From: Lophium mytilinum
Lineage: Eukaryota
Length of the DNA stretch: 64,000 nt
Direction: 5' to 3'
Assembly: GCA_010093605.1 (NCBI GenBank)
Contig: MU004186.1
Location: 1,468,616-1,532,615, forward strand
Position numbers and translations under genes: made by a program. Shown piece after piece: positions 1-11,707 of this stretch (its first letter is position 1; every line of letters begins with the position of its first letter). The notes under the pieces were generated by a model, which was given only the letters and a program-made list of their open reading frames with translations, did no database searches and was not told the origin of the DNA.

Positions 1-663
1 CAACCCTCTTCACCACCGCCGTCCTGGCCTCCACCTCCCTAGCTGCGGACTTCGCCGTCAAGGTCTCCAACATGAACGGCGACCTCGCCTTCACGCCCAA
101 CAACACCAAAGCCGCCCAAGGCGATACCGTCACCTTCCACTACTACCCCGCCGACCACTCCGTCGCCCAGGGCACCTTCGCAAAGCCCTGTGAGCCCAAA
201 GCCAACGGCTTCTGGTCCGGCTTCGTGCCCGTCGCCAGCGGCGTGAGCCCCACCACCTTTGTGGTCACCGTGAATGACACCAAGCCCATCTGGTTCTACT
301 GCACCAAGGCGAACCATTGCCAGAAGGGCATGGCGGGCGCCATAAACGCACCGTACGTGTTAAATGTGCTCGCCTCGAATGTTGCCCTAGCTAATTTAAA
401 TCAGTGATACCGGCAACACCACTGATGCTTACATCGCCGCCTCCGAAAAGGCGGCGTCGAACGTCACCCCGCAGAATGTGGCGATCGGCTTCGGCGGCAA
501 GCTGGCGAACAGCACCAGCGCGTCTGGCTCGCCGACTGCCGCGTCGGGCACGGCGACGGGCACTGGCGCCGCGCAGTCGGCGACTGGTACTGGTGCGGCG
601 TCGGCGGTGGGGCTATCGAAGGGCTTGGGGCTTGCTGCGCTTTTGGGCTTCTTGGTTGTGTAA
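1..663 (+). CDS. Secreted cupredoxin-fold, Ser/Thr-rich, probably GPI-anchored protein (5' end outside the window)
   Basis: Open frame from base 3 reads TLFTTAVLASTSLAADF (signal-peptide-like), then HSVAQ and IWFYC..ANHCQKGM.GAIN (Cu-ligand motifs). Intron 353-404 (GTACGT..CTAAT..CAG). Exon 2 has a Ser/Thr/Gly-rich stretch and hydrophobic tail LGLAALLGFLVV, ending at TAA 661-663. Confidence 0.85.
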
Positions 664-1764
664 ACTTCCGTATACTATGACTCTTGGAAATCAGGTCTAT
701 GTGAAAAGGAAAGGCGAGGAGTCGAAGAGGATGGAAGAGTATGAAGGCATACGCAAGACTGGATACGACCCTATAGGAACATGCAAGGCGTTTTTCGGGA
801 TAGCATGCCGCGACGACTGAGGGCGAGATCACCCAGTCGTGCGTGTGCGGTTTGTACATGTACAAAAGATTTGTGTTTGTATCTAGATCTTGGAATGAAA
901 ATATCTGAACTCTTTTACACTATACATCTAGTCTGCTTCCTATGTCACCTGTGACGGATGTGATTGCTCATTAAATTATAACCAGGACTGTTCTAGCATT
1001 CAGTCACGTGCTTCCCAGATTCTGCAAAAGTCCAAGAATTCGGCGATTGTCCAAGATTGTTGCTCCTCATTTCTCTACGCAAAATTTCGTATGGAGACAA
1101 TTTCAACCCTGAGTTTTGATAAACGTCTCGTGGGAATCTGGAAAGCGTGACTGGCCCAGATATCACGTGCCTTGGACGTCACTCGTAGACTTTGATGTAT
1201 GCAGAGTACTCCGGCACCTATATATGCGAACATGTTAATTACAGGAGCATATAGGCCTTCATTGCAGTATTTTCAAACCACTTCTGTCATCGTTTGGTAC
1301 CTCAGCAATGGAAAATGCCTGAAGCGGTCAATATACGGGGTTTGGAGCTCTTGCACTTGTGGAGTAGTATAGTCTATTTAGATGCGAGCGTACATGCATG
1401 CGTGCGAGGATATATACTGATGTAATGTCTACGGCATCCCTATCGACTAGGCGGAGTTAAAAAGAAGTAGGATTAAAGACATGGGTATCGAACACGGGGA
1501 ATAGAGCAGAGGGGTATAAAAAAGGCAGGAATGGAATGTCCGAGTCGGAAAGTGTAAAGAAAGAACCGGAAGGCTACCCACAGTTCAATAAACCAAAAGC
1601 CCAACGCAATAGATAAGGGAATTAGTCGAGCACTCCGGACCGAGCATAATAAGTGGTGAAGTGTCTGCTTCTGAAAAGGTCAGTGTTACTGTCGTCAAGC
1701 GTCACGGGAGATTATTACGGTAACACCTACCAGATAACTCACCCCTCGCACCCACATCTCGAGG

Positions 1765-2085
1765 CTAGCTATATATCGCTTCGCGTGATGCAAGCCACTC
1801 TTGGTACTCTTGATCCTGAATGTACCCGTCCACCAGAGTTTTCACGACCTCCGTGTTCTGGGTGCCGAACGCCAATTGCAGCTCAAACTTGCGGCCATAC
1901 GTAGTACCGTCGACCATCCATCGGAGTGCATTGATTTGGGGCTGAGTAAGGCTGTCCACGCAGAAGAGGAAGGGCTCGTTATCAGAGATAAGCATTCCCG
2001 TGTTCGTTTTATCGTCCTCTTTGACTTTGAAACGCGGCTTGACTGGCTCGTCTGCCTCATGATTCTCCCACTAACTAGCCGCCAT
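1765..2085 (-). pseudogene. Hypothetical ~106-codon gene with an in-frame TAG at codon 5 (pseudogene or recoded)
   Basis: aaagATGgcg at 2085 gives MAAS*WENHEADEPVKPRFKVKEDDKTNTGMLISDNEPFLF...QEWLASREAIYS*. Flanked by intron-like elements at 2254-2183/2186 (GTCAGT..GCTAAC..CAG) and 1742-1671 (GTGAGT..CTGAC..CAG). Confidence 0.3.
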
Positions 2086-3800
2086 CTTTATGTTCGCCTT
2101 ATACGATATGTAGAAGCACGCTGCATAGAAGAAACAAGGGCGAATGGGTGGTGTTGAGGGGCCGCTAGGTGTCAGAGAAGCACTGCTGATGTTAGCATTG
2201 GTCACATAATAGCCAAAGGATGAGCTGTGTGTCGTAAATGTGACTGGTACTGACCAAGGGAAAGGGTCGAATCCCTGGGGTGTCAAGAGCCGTATAATTC
2301 GAACAGGTTCTTCTTACTTTCCATATCTGCTACACAGCGACAGAGTTTAGGCGCAACTGGCAACTGCCTGGGGTACCCCAGGAGGCTTTCAAAGGTTAAG
2401 AAACGATGTAAAGGCCAAGACAGAGGTACCACTGTATTCGAGGTGTAACTTTGAGCTGAAAAGCTGATTTTCCTTTCTTGTATGATCATCCTCGATATGA
2501 AGGCGTATCCCAGCGGTCCGTTTAGTGAAGCCTGCGAACCAAATTTCGCCTTCATGCTCGGCATCCCCGAACTAGAAAGAATGGAAAAGGCGATGATAGA
2601 AAGGCTGGAGCAAATCACACGGAAGAGAGGCGAGGATCTGCATCAAGTATGCGAAGATTATCTTTGCTATAGATGGGGCGTGATGGCTGACGGGTGTCAT
2701 TCATCAAGTCAGAGCTACCACGGCGAGAGTCATCTCACTGTAGTCTGTGGAATTCTTGATATACGGTTGATATTCGGATGTCGTGCACGTGATGTATAGA
2801 TCTACTGTAGGAACGCTTTCCTACATAGATCTAGTGTAATTGAGGCCTGCACGGGCCTCTCCAACGTGTATATAGCCTAGCTAGATTCCTACATAGAATC
2901 GACATCTATTGTCCTCCAAATTCTTACATCACGTGATCAGAAATATCACAAGTCCACGAACCAGATTTCCCTTTTTCGATCGACATCCCCGACCTAGACG
3001 ATTGGCCAAGAGCAGAGATAAAGAGGAAGGAGCGAATCGCATGGAAGAACGGCGAGGACACTCAGGCTTTATGCCGCTCTGGTTTTTATGCCTGTAAATA
3101 GAGCTAGAAGGCTAGCTTTCATCATCGTGTAATCTAGGGATTTTTTGGCGTGCCGCAGGAATAGAGCAACGGCCCTTTCCGTGTTGCTTTCCAACCAGAT
3201 TTCCCCATCCTGCTTGAACTTGTCCCGAGTTCGATGATTTGTCTAGGCCGGAGTTAGAGGAGATGGAGTGGTCTTTGTGGAAGAGAGGTAATAATGTATA
3301 CGATTTTCTCACGCCTGGCGAATTTTGCCATCATCCGGCGCCTGACTCCTATATCTGCGGTGCTATGTATCAGGCTGTGCACATGGTGGATATTTGAATC
3401 GGGGTCTGACTGGAAATAGATATGTTGTAATTCCACGCGAGCATGCATACGTGCAAGCATTCATACTAATACTATATATGTACCCCTCTGTTCGCCAAAG
3501 GGGCAGCAGAAGCAGAAACAGAAATCCATAATGCAGAGACCTGGGTATCGAGTAATGAAACATATAGAAAAACACCAACAATACAGGGTAGGGATATAGA
3601 AGAAATACAGAAAGCCAACGCATAGTCTAGAGAATTCAAACATTCAGTCCCAAGATGTGAGCCCTTCGTCCGGTATTCCATGCCGAGTCTTGGGAGACCC
3701 AGCCAATATCTCTGCAAAAGCAGAGTCAGCTTTGGTCTTCTTGAGAGAATTGAGGAAGGTTTACCAGCTAGAAAGCTCCGATCAGCATTGCATTTAGCTC

Positions 3801-4063
3801 TCAACGCTTATCTTCTCTCCCTACAGACTAAAAGCAAAATATGCGGCGTCAGCTTGGAGAACACGAAGATAATTGTGAGAGGACATCATTCTCGAGGAGA
3901 CTCGTACCCGGCAGTTCGCGCAAGCGGCCCCGTTTTGCCAAACCCATCCCGCATCTTTCTCAGTACTGTCAATCGCCACGCATTCCACGCCGTACTTCCC
4001 GCCCCAATAAGGGCACCGGAATTTGTTGTAGCCAGTAGACGAAGTGTTTTGGGTTCCAGACAT
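3801..4063 (-). CDS. Small (60 aa) Cys-rich protein, no signal peptide
   Basis: ATG 4063. Exon 1 MSGTQNTSSTGYNKFRCPYWGGKYGVECVAIDSTEKDAGWVWQNGAACANCR, intron 3907-3828 (GTACGA..GCTGAC..TTTTAG), exon 2 SVGREDKR* (TGA 3803-3801). TATATAA at 4212-4206. Resembles a recurring fungal Y/F-x-C...WVW-x-N-x-x-CAxC-x-x-x-GR motif (from memory). Confidence 0.65.
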
Positions 4064-4861
4064 ATTTGGGAAGTGATGAAGCGGTTTTCGGAGCGTTGGA
4101 CTAGTATTCGGCGGTGTGTTTCTGTGTGAGAGATGGTAAGTGTAGACGTTATCAGAGAATGATGGATGTTGATGAAGTTGAGAGAAATAGACGCAGAAGC
4201 AGGCGTTATATACTACCCACAGTGACTCCTACCAGAACATCTGACTCCTGAAACCGCGCATAGTCACAGCAAGGAGACGCTCTGTGGCTTTTTGAAACTA
4301 TTCAAGAGGTGGGGCGGACCAAGTGGTATGAGTTGACGTCGCACATCGTGGTCATTTTCGGGGCCTCAGCTTCACACCTTAAAGTAACATTTGAAGACGT
4401 ATGCTGGATCTGATCAAGGACGGCTCCGTGATCATGGCCTATGTGTAGATGACAGACCACGCTGTGGCTGCCCCATAACAACGCTGCGTGGCACATTATG
4501 ATACAACAAGCTACACGAAGTTCCAGGATTCGTGACTGGTCCTTATGCCTGAATGAATGTTACGTGACGTGGATGCGTCGGGTCTTTTCCTGTGAGACTT
4601 GAATCTGAGTAGATTAGCGTGCGTTTTGACGATTGCGAAAGCACTGGGTAGTCCCCCTGGACGTATGAAAGAAGTTTGAGGAAGTCAAAAATACCGTTCT
4701 GATTCCCATTGCGTTTTCGTGAAGACCTGGATGGAGCCATGGATACTGTGCGTTGTCGGCTTCAATTTTGCCCGCTCAATACCACTGTCAGGGGCGCCCC
4801 CGTTGCTAAAAATCAGGCCAGTCAAAAGGTAACCCAATATACGCTGCATGGAAATTGACAT

Positions 4862-6510
4862 CTAGCCCAGAAGCGAAGCCGCAAGCATAACCAGACTCCC
4901 AAACCCATCGCTCCCAGCATACCACTCCTCCCACTCCGCGTTAGTCGCCGTAATCCTATTCATCTCCTGCACTAACCTTACCAACCGCCCCTCCGTGGTC
5001 ACGCCAAATATCTCCCTCGCTCGCAGCGTCGTTTCAAACTCCTTCTGCCAGACTTCTTCGTTTGGGGCTTCCCAGAGGACCTTCTTTGACGGCAAGGGGA
5101 CGAGTATGAAGCCAGGAAGGGATGAGCAGGTCAGGCTGTGGCCCATATCGACGAGTAGGTTTAGTATTCGAGCAATAATGATGAAGCTGCAGCGATAGGA
5201 TTCGTTAGAGCACTGTGTCTCTTCCATGAGAGTATGAAGGAGGGAAGTGTGCTTACCGGCGCCTCGATTCATAGAAGACCCAATCGTGCCAGGCCTTTTG
5301 GTCTGATATGATATTGTGATAGTCTCCGCCGCCGATGCGGTCGGCTAGGCGCTGGCAGATGGACTTTTGAGCCTAGTCGTTAGATCATCCCGACACAAGA
5401 AGCAAAAGTACACTTACGTTGACAGAGATCATCAACGGTACATCGAAGTCGTTGTGCTCCGTCTCCCCATCGATTATTCGCATCAGGGCGTAGATCATTA
5501 ACGCTTGAACGGCAGCGAGGAGCTCCCAGTTATTGAAACTATCGTGCTGGTGAGTCGATCAGTGAGTGATAACTTCGGTCGGTTTATTCCCTATACATCA
5601 ACATACCTGAAACCACAATCGCTCATGCTCCATCCTTATCGTCCTCCACAGTAGCTTGCTAGTTCCTGCCGTTCTCTCCGCAAACATCCGTGACAAGCTC
5701 ATGCAGTTTACCAGCGCCTCCGGAATCTCATTCTCCTTGCCTGGGATGTTCGAAAAGCATTTCGAATTGATGAATGGCGGGAAGGTCTCTTTCCGAGCCA
5801 TCATAGACGTAAACGAACCGAACATTCGTAGGAGAATATCCGCACTAGTTTGCGCGAGGGGTTTGCCCATTGATCTGCGCACTAGAGACCTTGGGTTCTG
5901 CGGCGTGAGCAAATCCGGAATGCTAAGTGGCAAGTCGAGGGACAACGGAGATAGCTGGCGACCGGCGCCAGGATGGTATAATTCTTCAATCCTGGGCGTC
6001 GCATCTGGTGTGACCGAGAAGGGCTCTGGCCATTTGAATATACACAAGTTGGATCCGAACGTCTCGTCTTCAATTCCTCCGTACAGATAGGGATCTAGTG
6101 CAATGACAGACATGCTAGTCGACGTGGTCGCCGGAGAGCCTATAGTGCCATCGGCATTCCCACTACTCGTAGTACTGGCTTTAGGGGACCCCAAGGACTT
6201 CCGGCCGATGTTGCGTAGAGCCCCTTCAGCGTACAGGCAGTCGATCTTTTTTGATATGCAATTTGAGCACTTTGGGAGCCTCGAATCACACCGTGTTTTA
6301 GACTTCGTACACGCTGCACACGATCTTTTCCTCGAAATGGTGTCGCCGTCTGTTTTCGATCGACAGTAATACCCGTGCCTTTTAAAGGTGGAAGCTGCTG
6401 AGCATTAACGCACGGACGTCATGGGTTGAAGAGATGGAAGACTCGGAAATAGTACCCTTTTCGAAAGACTTCCTGCACCTGGAGCATATCATTGATGGGG
6501 CTTGCGACAT
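4862..6510 (-). CDS. Zn2Cys6 transcription factor with an N-terminal C2HC-type zinc finger
   Basis: ATG 6510, MSQAPSMICSRCRKSFEK, intron, STFKRHGYYCRS, then RKRSCAACTKSKTRCDSRLPKCSNCISKKIDCLY (Zn2Cys6). Later exons include FPPFIN, WELLAAVQAL.IY, LPSKKVLWEA and WEEWYAGSDGFGSLVMLAASLL. Stop 4864-4862. Confidence 0.88.
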
Positions 6511-7254
6511 CTTGATATGTTTTACGGAAATGTGTTGAAGTTCACGCAGTTCCGTGGGAGAATGCGCTTTTTATTCATCTTGGGAGCTGTTCAAGGAGCT
6601 CCGCGAAAGGATTGCCAAGCTTATTAATAAGCCAGTGAAACTTGCACCCAATCACCTAGATTTTCGAATATATCTAACTGGTTTGATCGTATAAATGTTG
6701 AAGCTAATCCTTAATTGCATTCGACTCTTGGGGGCAGAGCCATATATATGGAATGCACGTGACTTGGCAGACTCGGAAAGTCACGTGCCTAGAATCGTCA
6801 GATTGATAATCTCCAACAACATGACCAGGATGCATAAGAATAGAGCGATCAAGCTTTGCCTTCACGCAGGTGTCTCAGGTATTAGAGAGTCAGAAGGGCC
6901 GAGCTTTGCCTCTCTTTGAATACTCTATGAAAGATCTAGAAAGTAGTCAGCAACAACAAATCAAAGAACCACCAAGACAGACAGTATACGACGAACGCAA
7001 ACTGATACATGTCAATGATGATCTCTCGCTCTCTTTCCCTTAAAGCCATAAAGATCTCACCGTGAAAGCAATCAAAAACACATGCTCACAGCGAATCCCA
7101 ACTCTCCCCCTATATAACAGTCGCCAAAACCCCGAGATGAGCATCCGCACCAGCTTCGCGGATACATTAGAAAGTAACCCATCCACCAACCATTACGATT
7201 CCATCCCACTTCCCACCAATCACCATAATCACCGCATCCCACCGATTCGCCACC

Positions 7255-7725
7255 ATGCCTCTCCAATCCCTCCGCAACTACATCCAGCAATCCCCCTCCG
7301 TCCTTCTCATCATACTCATCCCCGTCCCAGCCGCCCTCAGCAACATCACCGGAACCGATGGCATGGCAACGCTTGTCCTATCACTGATCTACTTCGCGCT
7401 GGGCGCGACCGTGCAAGAGCTCACCGCACTAGAGGCCGATGAGCCGGCTGTCGATGAACCAGCGAATGTCGAAGAGATTAGTGCTAAAGAGGCTGGCTCT
7501 AAGGTAGACGCGAAGATGGAGGAGCTCGAGAGCACTATCGATATGTTGAGGTGGGACGGTCGGAGATTACGGCGGCAGAGGGATAACATCTGGAAGGCGG
7601 TCGATATCCTAGACTGTGAGAGTGGAGCGGCTAGTGGAAGTAGCTATGGAAAGAGGGACGATGAGGGGAAGGGGACAATCGCGAAGCGTGTTAAGCGCGT
7701 GTTGAGTATTGTCGAGGGGATGTGA
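7255..7725 (+). CDS. Hypothetical membrane protein (two hydrophobic segments plus coiled coil)
   Basis: 156-aa ORF with caccATG context, hydrophobic segments VLLIILIPVPAAL and LVLSLIYFALGA, and a heptad-like KMEELESTIDML..LRRQRD. TATATAA near 7111. Confidence 0.55.
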   Translation: MPLQSLRNYIQQSPSVLLIILIPVPAALSNITGTDGMATLVLSLIYFALGATVQELTALEADEPAVDEPANVEEISAKEAGSKVDAKMEELESTIDMLRWDGRRLRRQRDNIWKAVDILDCESGAASGSSYGKRDDEGKGTIAKRVKRVLSIVEGM

Positions 7726-8032
7726 AGCCACTAGTAACGGGGTCTCGAAGTGCCATGCGTAAGGTGATGAATAGAGAGACTTGCGAGAGGCGACACAGGA
7801 AAGTTAGTGGAGATTAGAGGCGAGTCTAGGGGTAACGAAAGTTTCATGACTGCAGTAGGATAGAGTATAGAAAGTGCATTAGTTTACTCGCTTCCTCCGC
7901 AACTTCAAAACGCCTACCATGCAGCTGTTATCAAGCTAGATACACGGCCGATATGCCCTCAAAAGACCACCGAACGCCATGCCAAATTAGTATTACGCTC
8001 GAAGTAGTGAAAGCGACGGCACTCGCATCCAA

Positions 8033-10019
8033 TTACGCGGTCCGAACGAATGCGGGTAGTAGGAAGTAGGCAGTGACGCCGATGAAGAGGGATAAAACGA
8101 ACAATTTGTTGATTGGGATAGGAGAACTGTGTTTGGGATCGATAGCGTCAAGGTTTTCTTGATGAGGCTTGTGGTTGCCGTTCGATGAAACAGCTTTTTC
8201 GGACACTGGTGGTTCGGATTTCTCGATTGGTGCATCCGTCCTCTCGTGCGGTGGCAGGGGCGTGGATTCCTCCTCTTTAGAATCGAGTGACGCGCCCGCC
8301 TGTTCGCGAGGAAGCAGGGGTGCGAGCTCATTCACTGCTGATTCATGGGGGCCGTCCAACTTCTCGTGCGGAAGAAGGGGGGAAGGTTCCTCTTCTATTG
8401 AATCCAGCGCCTCGTGGGAGAGGAGGGGAGATCTCTCGGACTCCGGGATCGCCTCAGACGGTTCCGGGATCTCGAGAGGGGGAGAGATTCGGTCAGCAGT
8501 CGGAGAGATGATGGTTTCGTCAGGCAAGGCGTCGGCAGCCCTCATCTCGTGAGCCACCTTCTGCCCAGAAGTTGCCTCTCTACCGAAGTCGTCGCCATGG
8601 CTGGGTTCATCATCCGCCTTTTCAAGAACGAGTCGAGGAACCGCTGTATTGTCTAGAGCTGAGGCCTCCGCAGTGGAGTCTTCTTTAGCGGGAGCCTCTG
8701 GAGTGGTGATGTACTCGGCGTCGGGCTCCGCATCTTGAGTACGCTTCAAAGCGTCTTCCTTGAGACTCTGGGGCCCGACATCACCATAAACAGGCGCATC
8801 GGTATCCGGTACCTTCTCTATAACCGTGAATGGAACTGGCATAGAAGATGGTGCGTTTACTGCCTTATTAGCCTCGTCTTGCTCTTTTTGCTCAGCGCTA
8901 TCGTTGGAAATAGCAGCCTTGGTGATGTCAATAGCTTCAGGACCAGCATTTTGGGTGTGTGTCGACTCATCATCGACGACCTTAGGCTTGGCTGGTGCCT
9001 CGTTACTAGTAGCTTCCTCTATAGCGATGGTAGGGATTGGTGGATTGAAAAATTTGTCATCTTCTTCAGCTTTTTCAGCATTCTTTTCATCTTTACCGTC
9101 TCCGTTCTCCTCGGTATTTTCCGCAGGGGCATCCGATACAATAACGTATTCAGCATCGGGCTCAGCATCTTGAGCGCGTTTCGATCCGTCTGATTCGAGA
9201 CTCCGCGGCTCCACATTGGGGTAGGCTGGAGGCTCGGCATCTGGGACTTTCTCTACGACGGTGATGGGAATTGGTACGGGAGAGGGTTTCTCGTCTTCCT
9301 TCGTTGCCTCTACGCTTTGCGTCTTTTCAGGTTTATGGTTACCATCGGATACCTCTTTCTCTGCAACGACCCCGGTGTTCTCGGATTTGGAGGGCTCCAA
9401 AGTAGTAGAGCTGTCCGAGGTAGGAGTGATTTGAAAAGATCCTGTTCCATTGGATGTGGAGTCATCTGCAGACGATTTCGGGGTTCCGGACGGATCGGCA
9501 GTACCCTTGGGTTCTTCCGCGGTTTCTTCCTCGCTTTCTTCGCTATCCGAATGGTGTTCGTTCTTGGCTTGAACGAAAATGACGTTGTTCACGTTCCCCG
9601 CATTGTCCGTGACTAAGTACATGTTAGCTTTTATTCTGCAGATTTACAAGCCTCATCATAATTTTGTGCTAATTGAAGTAATGGTGAGGCGACAGACTCC
9701 CACCAATGATAGTCATTGGTCTTGCTCAAAGTCATGAAAGTGTGTGGAAGCACCCCCAATAGCGGCAAGAAAGTGTACACTTACCCGTTTCTTTCTCCGA
9801 GTCAAGAACCCACCAGTCATCATAACCAAGCCGGAACTTGTATTGGTATTCGCCATCCTTTACGTCCTCGAATGTCTTGTAGAATATTTGGTCTCCGTTC
9901 TCGGTCGTGTCGTCGTGAACTTCCATCTTCCATATCTGCCACTGAACCAGAGAGCTAGTGATGAAGACAGGAGGCCTCATCCCCTCCCGCGAGAAGGATA
10001 TAGTGATGGAGGACGTCAT
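8033..10019 (-). CDS. AMPK1_CBM/CBM48-like glycogen-recognition domain protein with long acidic disordered region and C-terminal TM segment
   Basis: ATG 10019, MTSSITISFSREGMRPPVFITSSL..W....M...GEYQYKFRLGYDDWWVLD. Intron 9784-9613 (GTAAGT..GCTAAC..TAG) joins VTDNAGNVNNVI. C-terminal LFVLSLFIGVTAYFLLPAF. Confidence 0.85.
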
Positions 10020-11707
10020 GCTTGATAGGTGTTGTGTTGTGTGAGGGAGGTTCTTCGGGCGTCGCACGAAGGTGGAGGTTGACAGAGAGAGGACTGTGGT
10101 TGGAGTGGCTCTGTGTGGTGTTAGGAAGGTCTCACTGAGACAGCTGCGCCTTATATCGGGTTTCAGAGGTCCATTGAAGCGCTCTAGGGAATGGCAAATG
10201 GGCGCACCGAGATAGGGTGAATGGGCGAAGACGTGAGGTAGAGAAGCAGAGAGCACGCGCGCAGAGTCGTTGAGCTCCCCGCCGCAAGCCTTACGACAGC
10301 TATCCAGCTGCAGCACAGAGCAGGGGTCGAGGCAGGTATTATCTTACCACTATCTCATCTGCGTCTTTACTTTCTCCATGGCGGAAATGCACAATTGCGC
10401 ACCCGGAACGCGCCATTTCAGCAGCTCTAGCCCACCCAGGCGATCATTCACTGACAATGTCCGCCCTTCATTCCTCGCTAGCGCAGCCGTTGACGCCGTA
10501 TTTTGGCACGGTATTGTGGCAGAGGTACAGTACGATTATGACGTGACCTGGACGGGCAAGCTGGGCGGGAGCCCCCACTAAAACCCGTTGATAGCCCCTG
10601 CAAACCGCCGATCCTGCCGAAAATCGCTCCTCGGCCAAAACCTCCCTTCGTCAACACCAAGCTCGCTATCCCGACTCTCTCCGCCTTGTATCTAAGCATC
10701 CCGGGATCCTACATCTCATCTGAACCCACCAAGTACCGCAATTGGCAGTCTAAAGATGCACAAATCTGAGCTTACAGCCGCTTAGTCTCCGTAGCTAGAT
10801 CCCCGCCTACGAGTCACTGACCACGGCACTGTATCCTGTATTCAAGCTCCATCGATGACAACGATGATTCGATGCGTTTGTTTCTCTCCCTCTATACTTA
10901 CATGTCACACAAGACAGCTATAGCACATGTACAATTAATACTACTCGTCTTCGCACCACGTCGGAATCCACAGTAACAAAGCGTCCAAAGATGCTAGAAG
11001 TCATTTTTAGCAAGTTGGGATGCAGCTTATATACATATCTCTTCTCACAACTCATCTATTGCGCCAATAGCCGTTCTTGCGTTTGCTGTTCGTTCTTGAG
11101 CCAACCATATTGTTTTCAACCTCACTTTGTCTATGCTTTCCTCAATCGAGTAGCAATGTTGATTCAATGTTGCCACAAATAGCTTTGCATTTACGAATAT
11201 GTCTCAAAACTCATGTTTCTTGATGTCACTTGCGTTGAGATGTGCTAGTCACGGGATCCTTTGACGCCTTCTATCTCAAGACCCGCAATTTAAGCTATCA
11301 GCTATTGCATATATCCATGCCGGACTTTACTGCCAGCTTAGTGGGCTAGACTTACCACATAGTTTTTGATGGCGTAACCTGGTTAGCGGGCATTCTAGCA
11401 ATCGGGATACCCCGTCACCTCGTCCGTATCTCCTACCATCATCTTCCATCGCTTTATCCGCACAAATAACTGGACGATTAATACATCGGTATATTTTGAG
11501 AGAATGAAATGAGTCAAGCACAAAAAATCACTTCTCACAACACTTCCAAATCAATCAACCCCCCAGAAACTCCTTCCTGAATCACTCTAAAAGATCGGAA
11601 CGGAATCGTTACTTCTCTTCAAAAAAGGAACGCCGTTGATAAACCAGTCGTTGCAGCATACCATCCTGCCACCAAACCCTCCTCCTAGCACTTTCGAGTT
11701 CTTCCAA

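Noticed and set aside
3100..3700. Short ORFs with hydrophobic/Cys-rich translations
   Set aside because: Arise from AG-rich low-complexity sequence, with no consistent gene structure.
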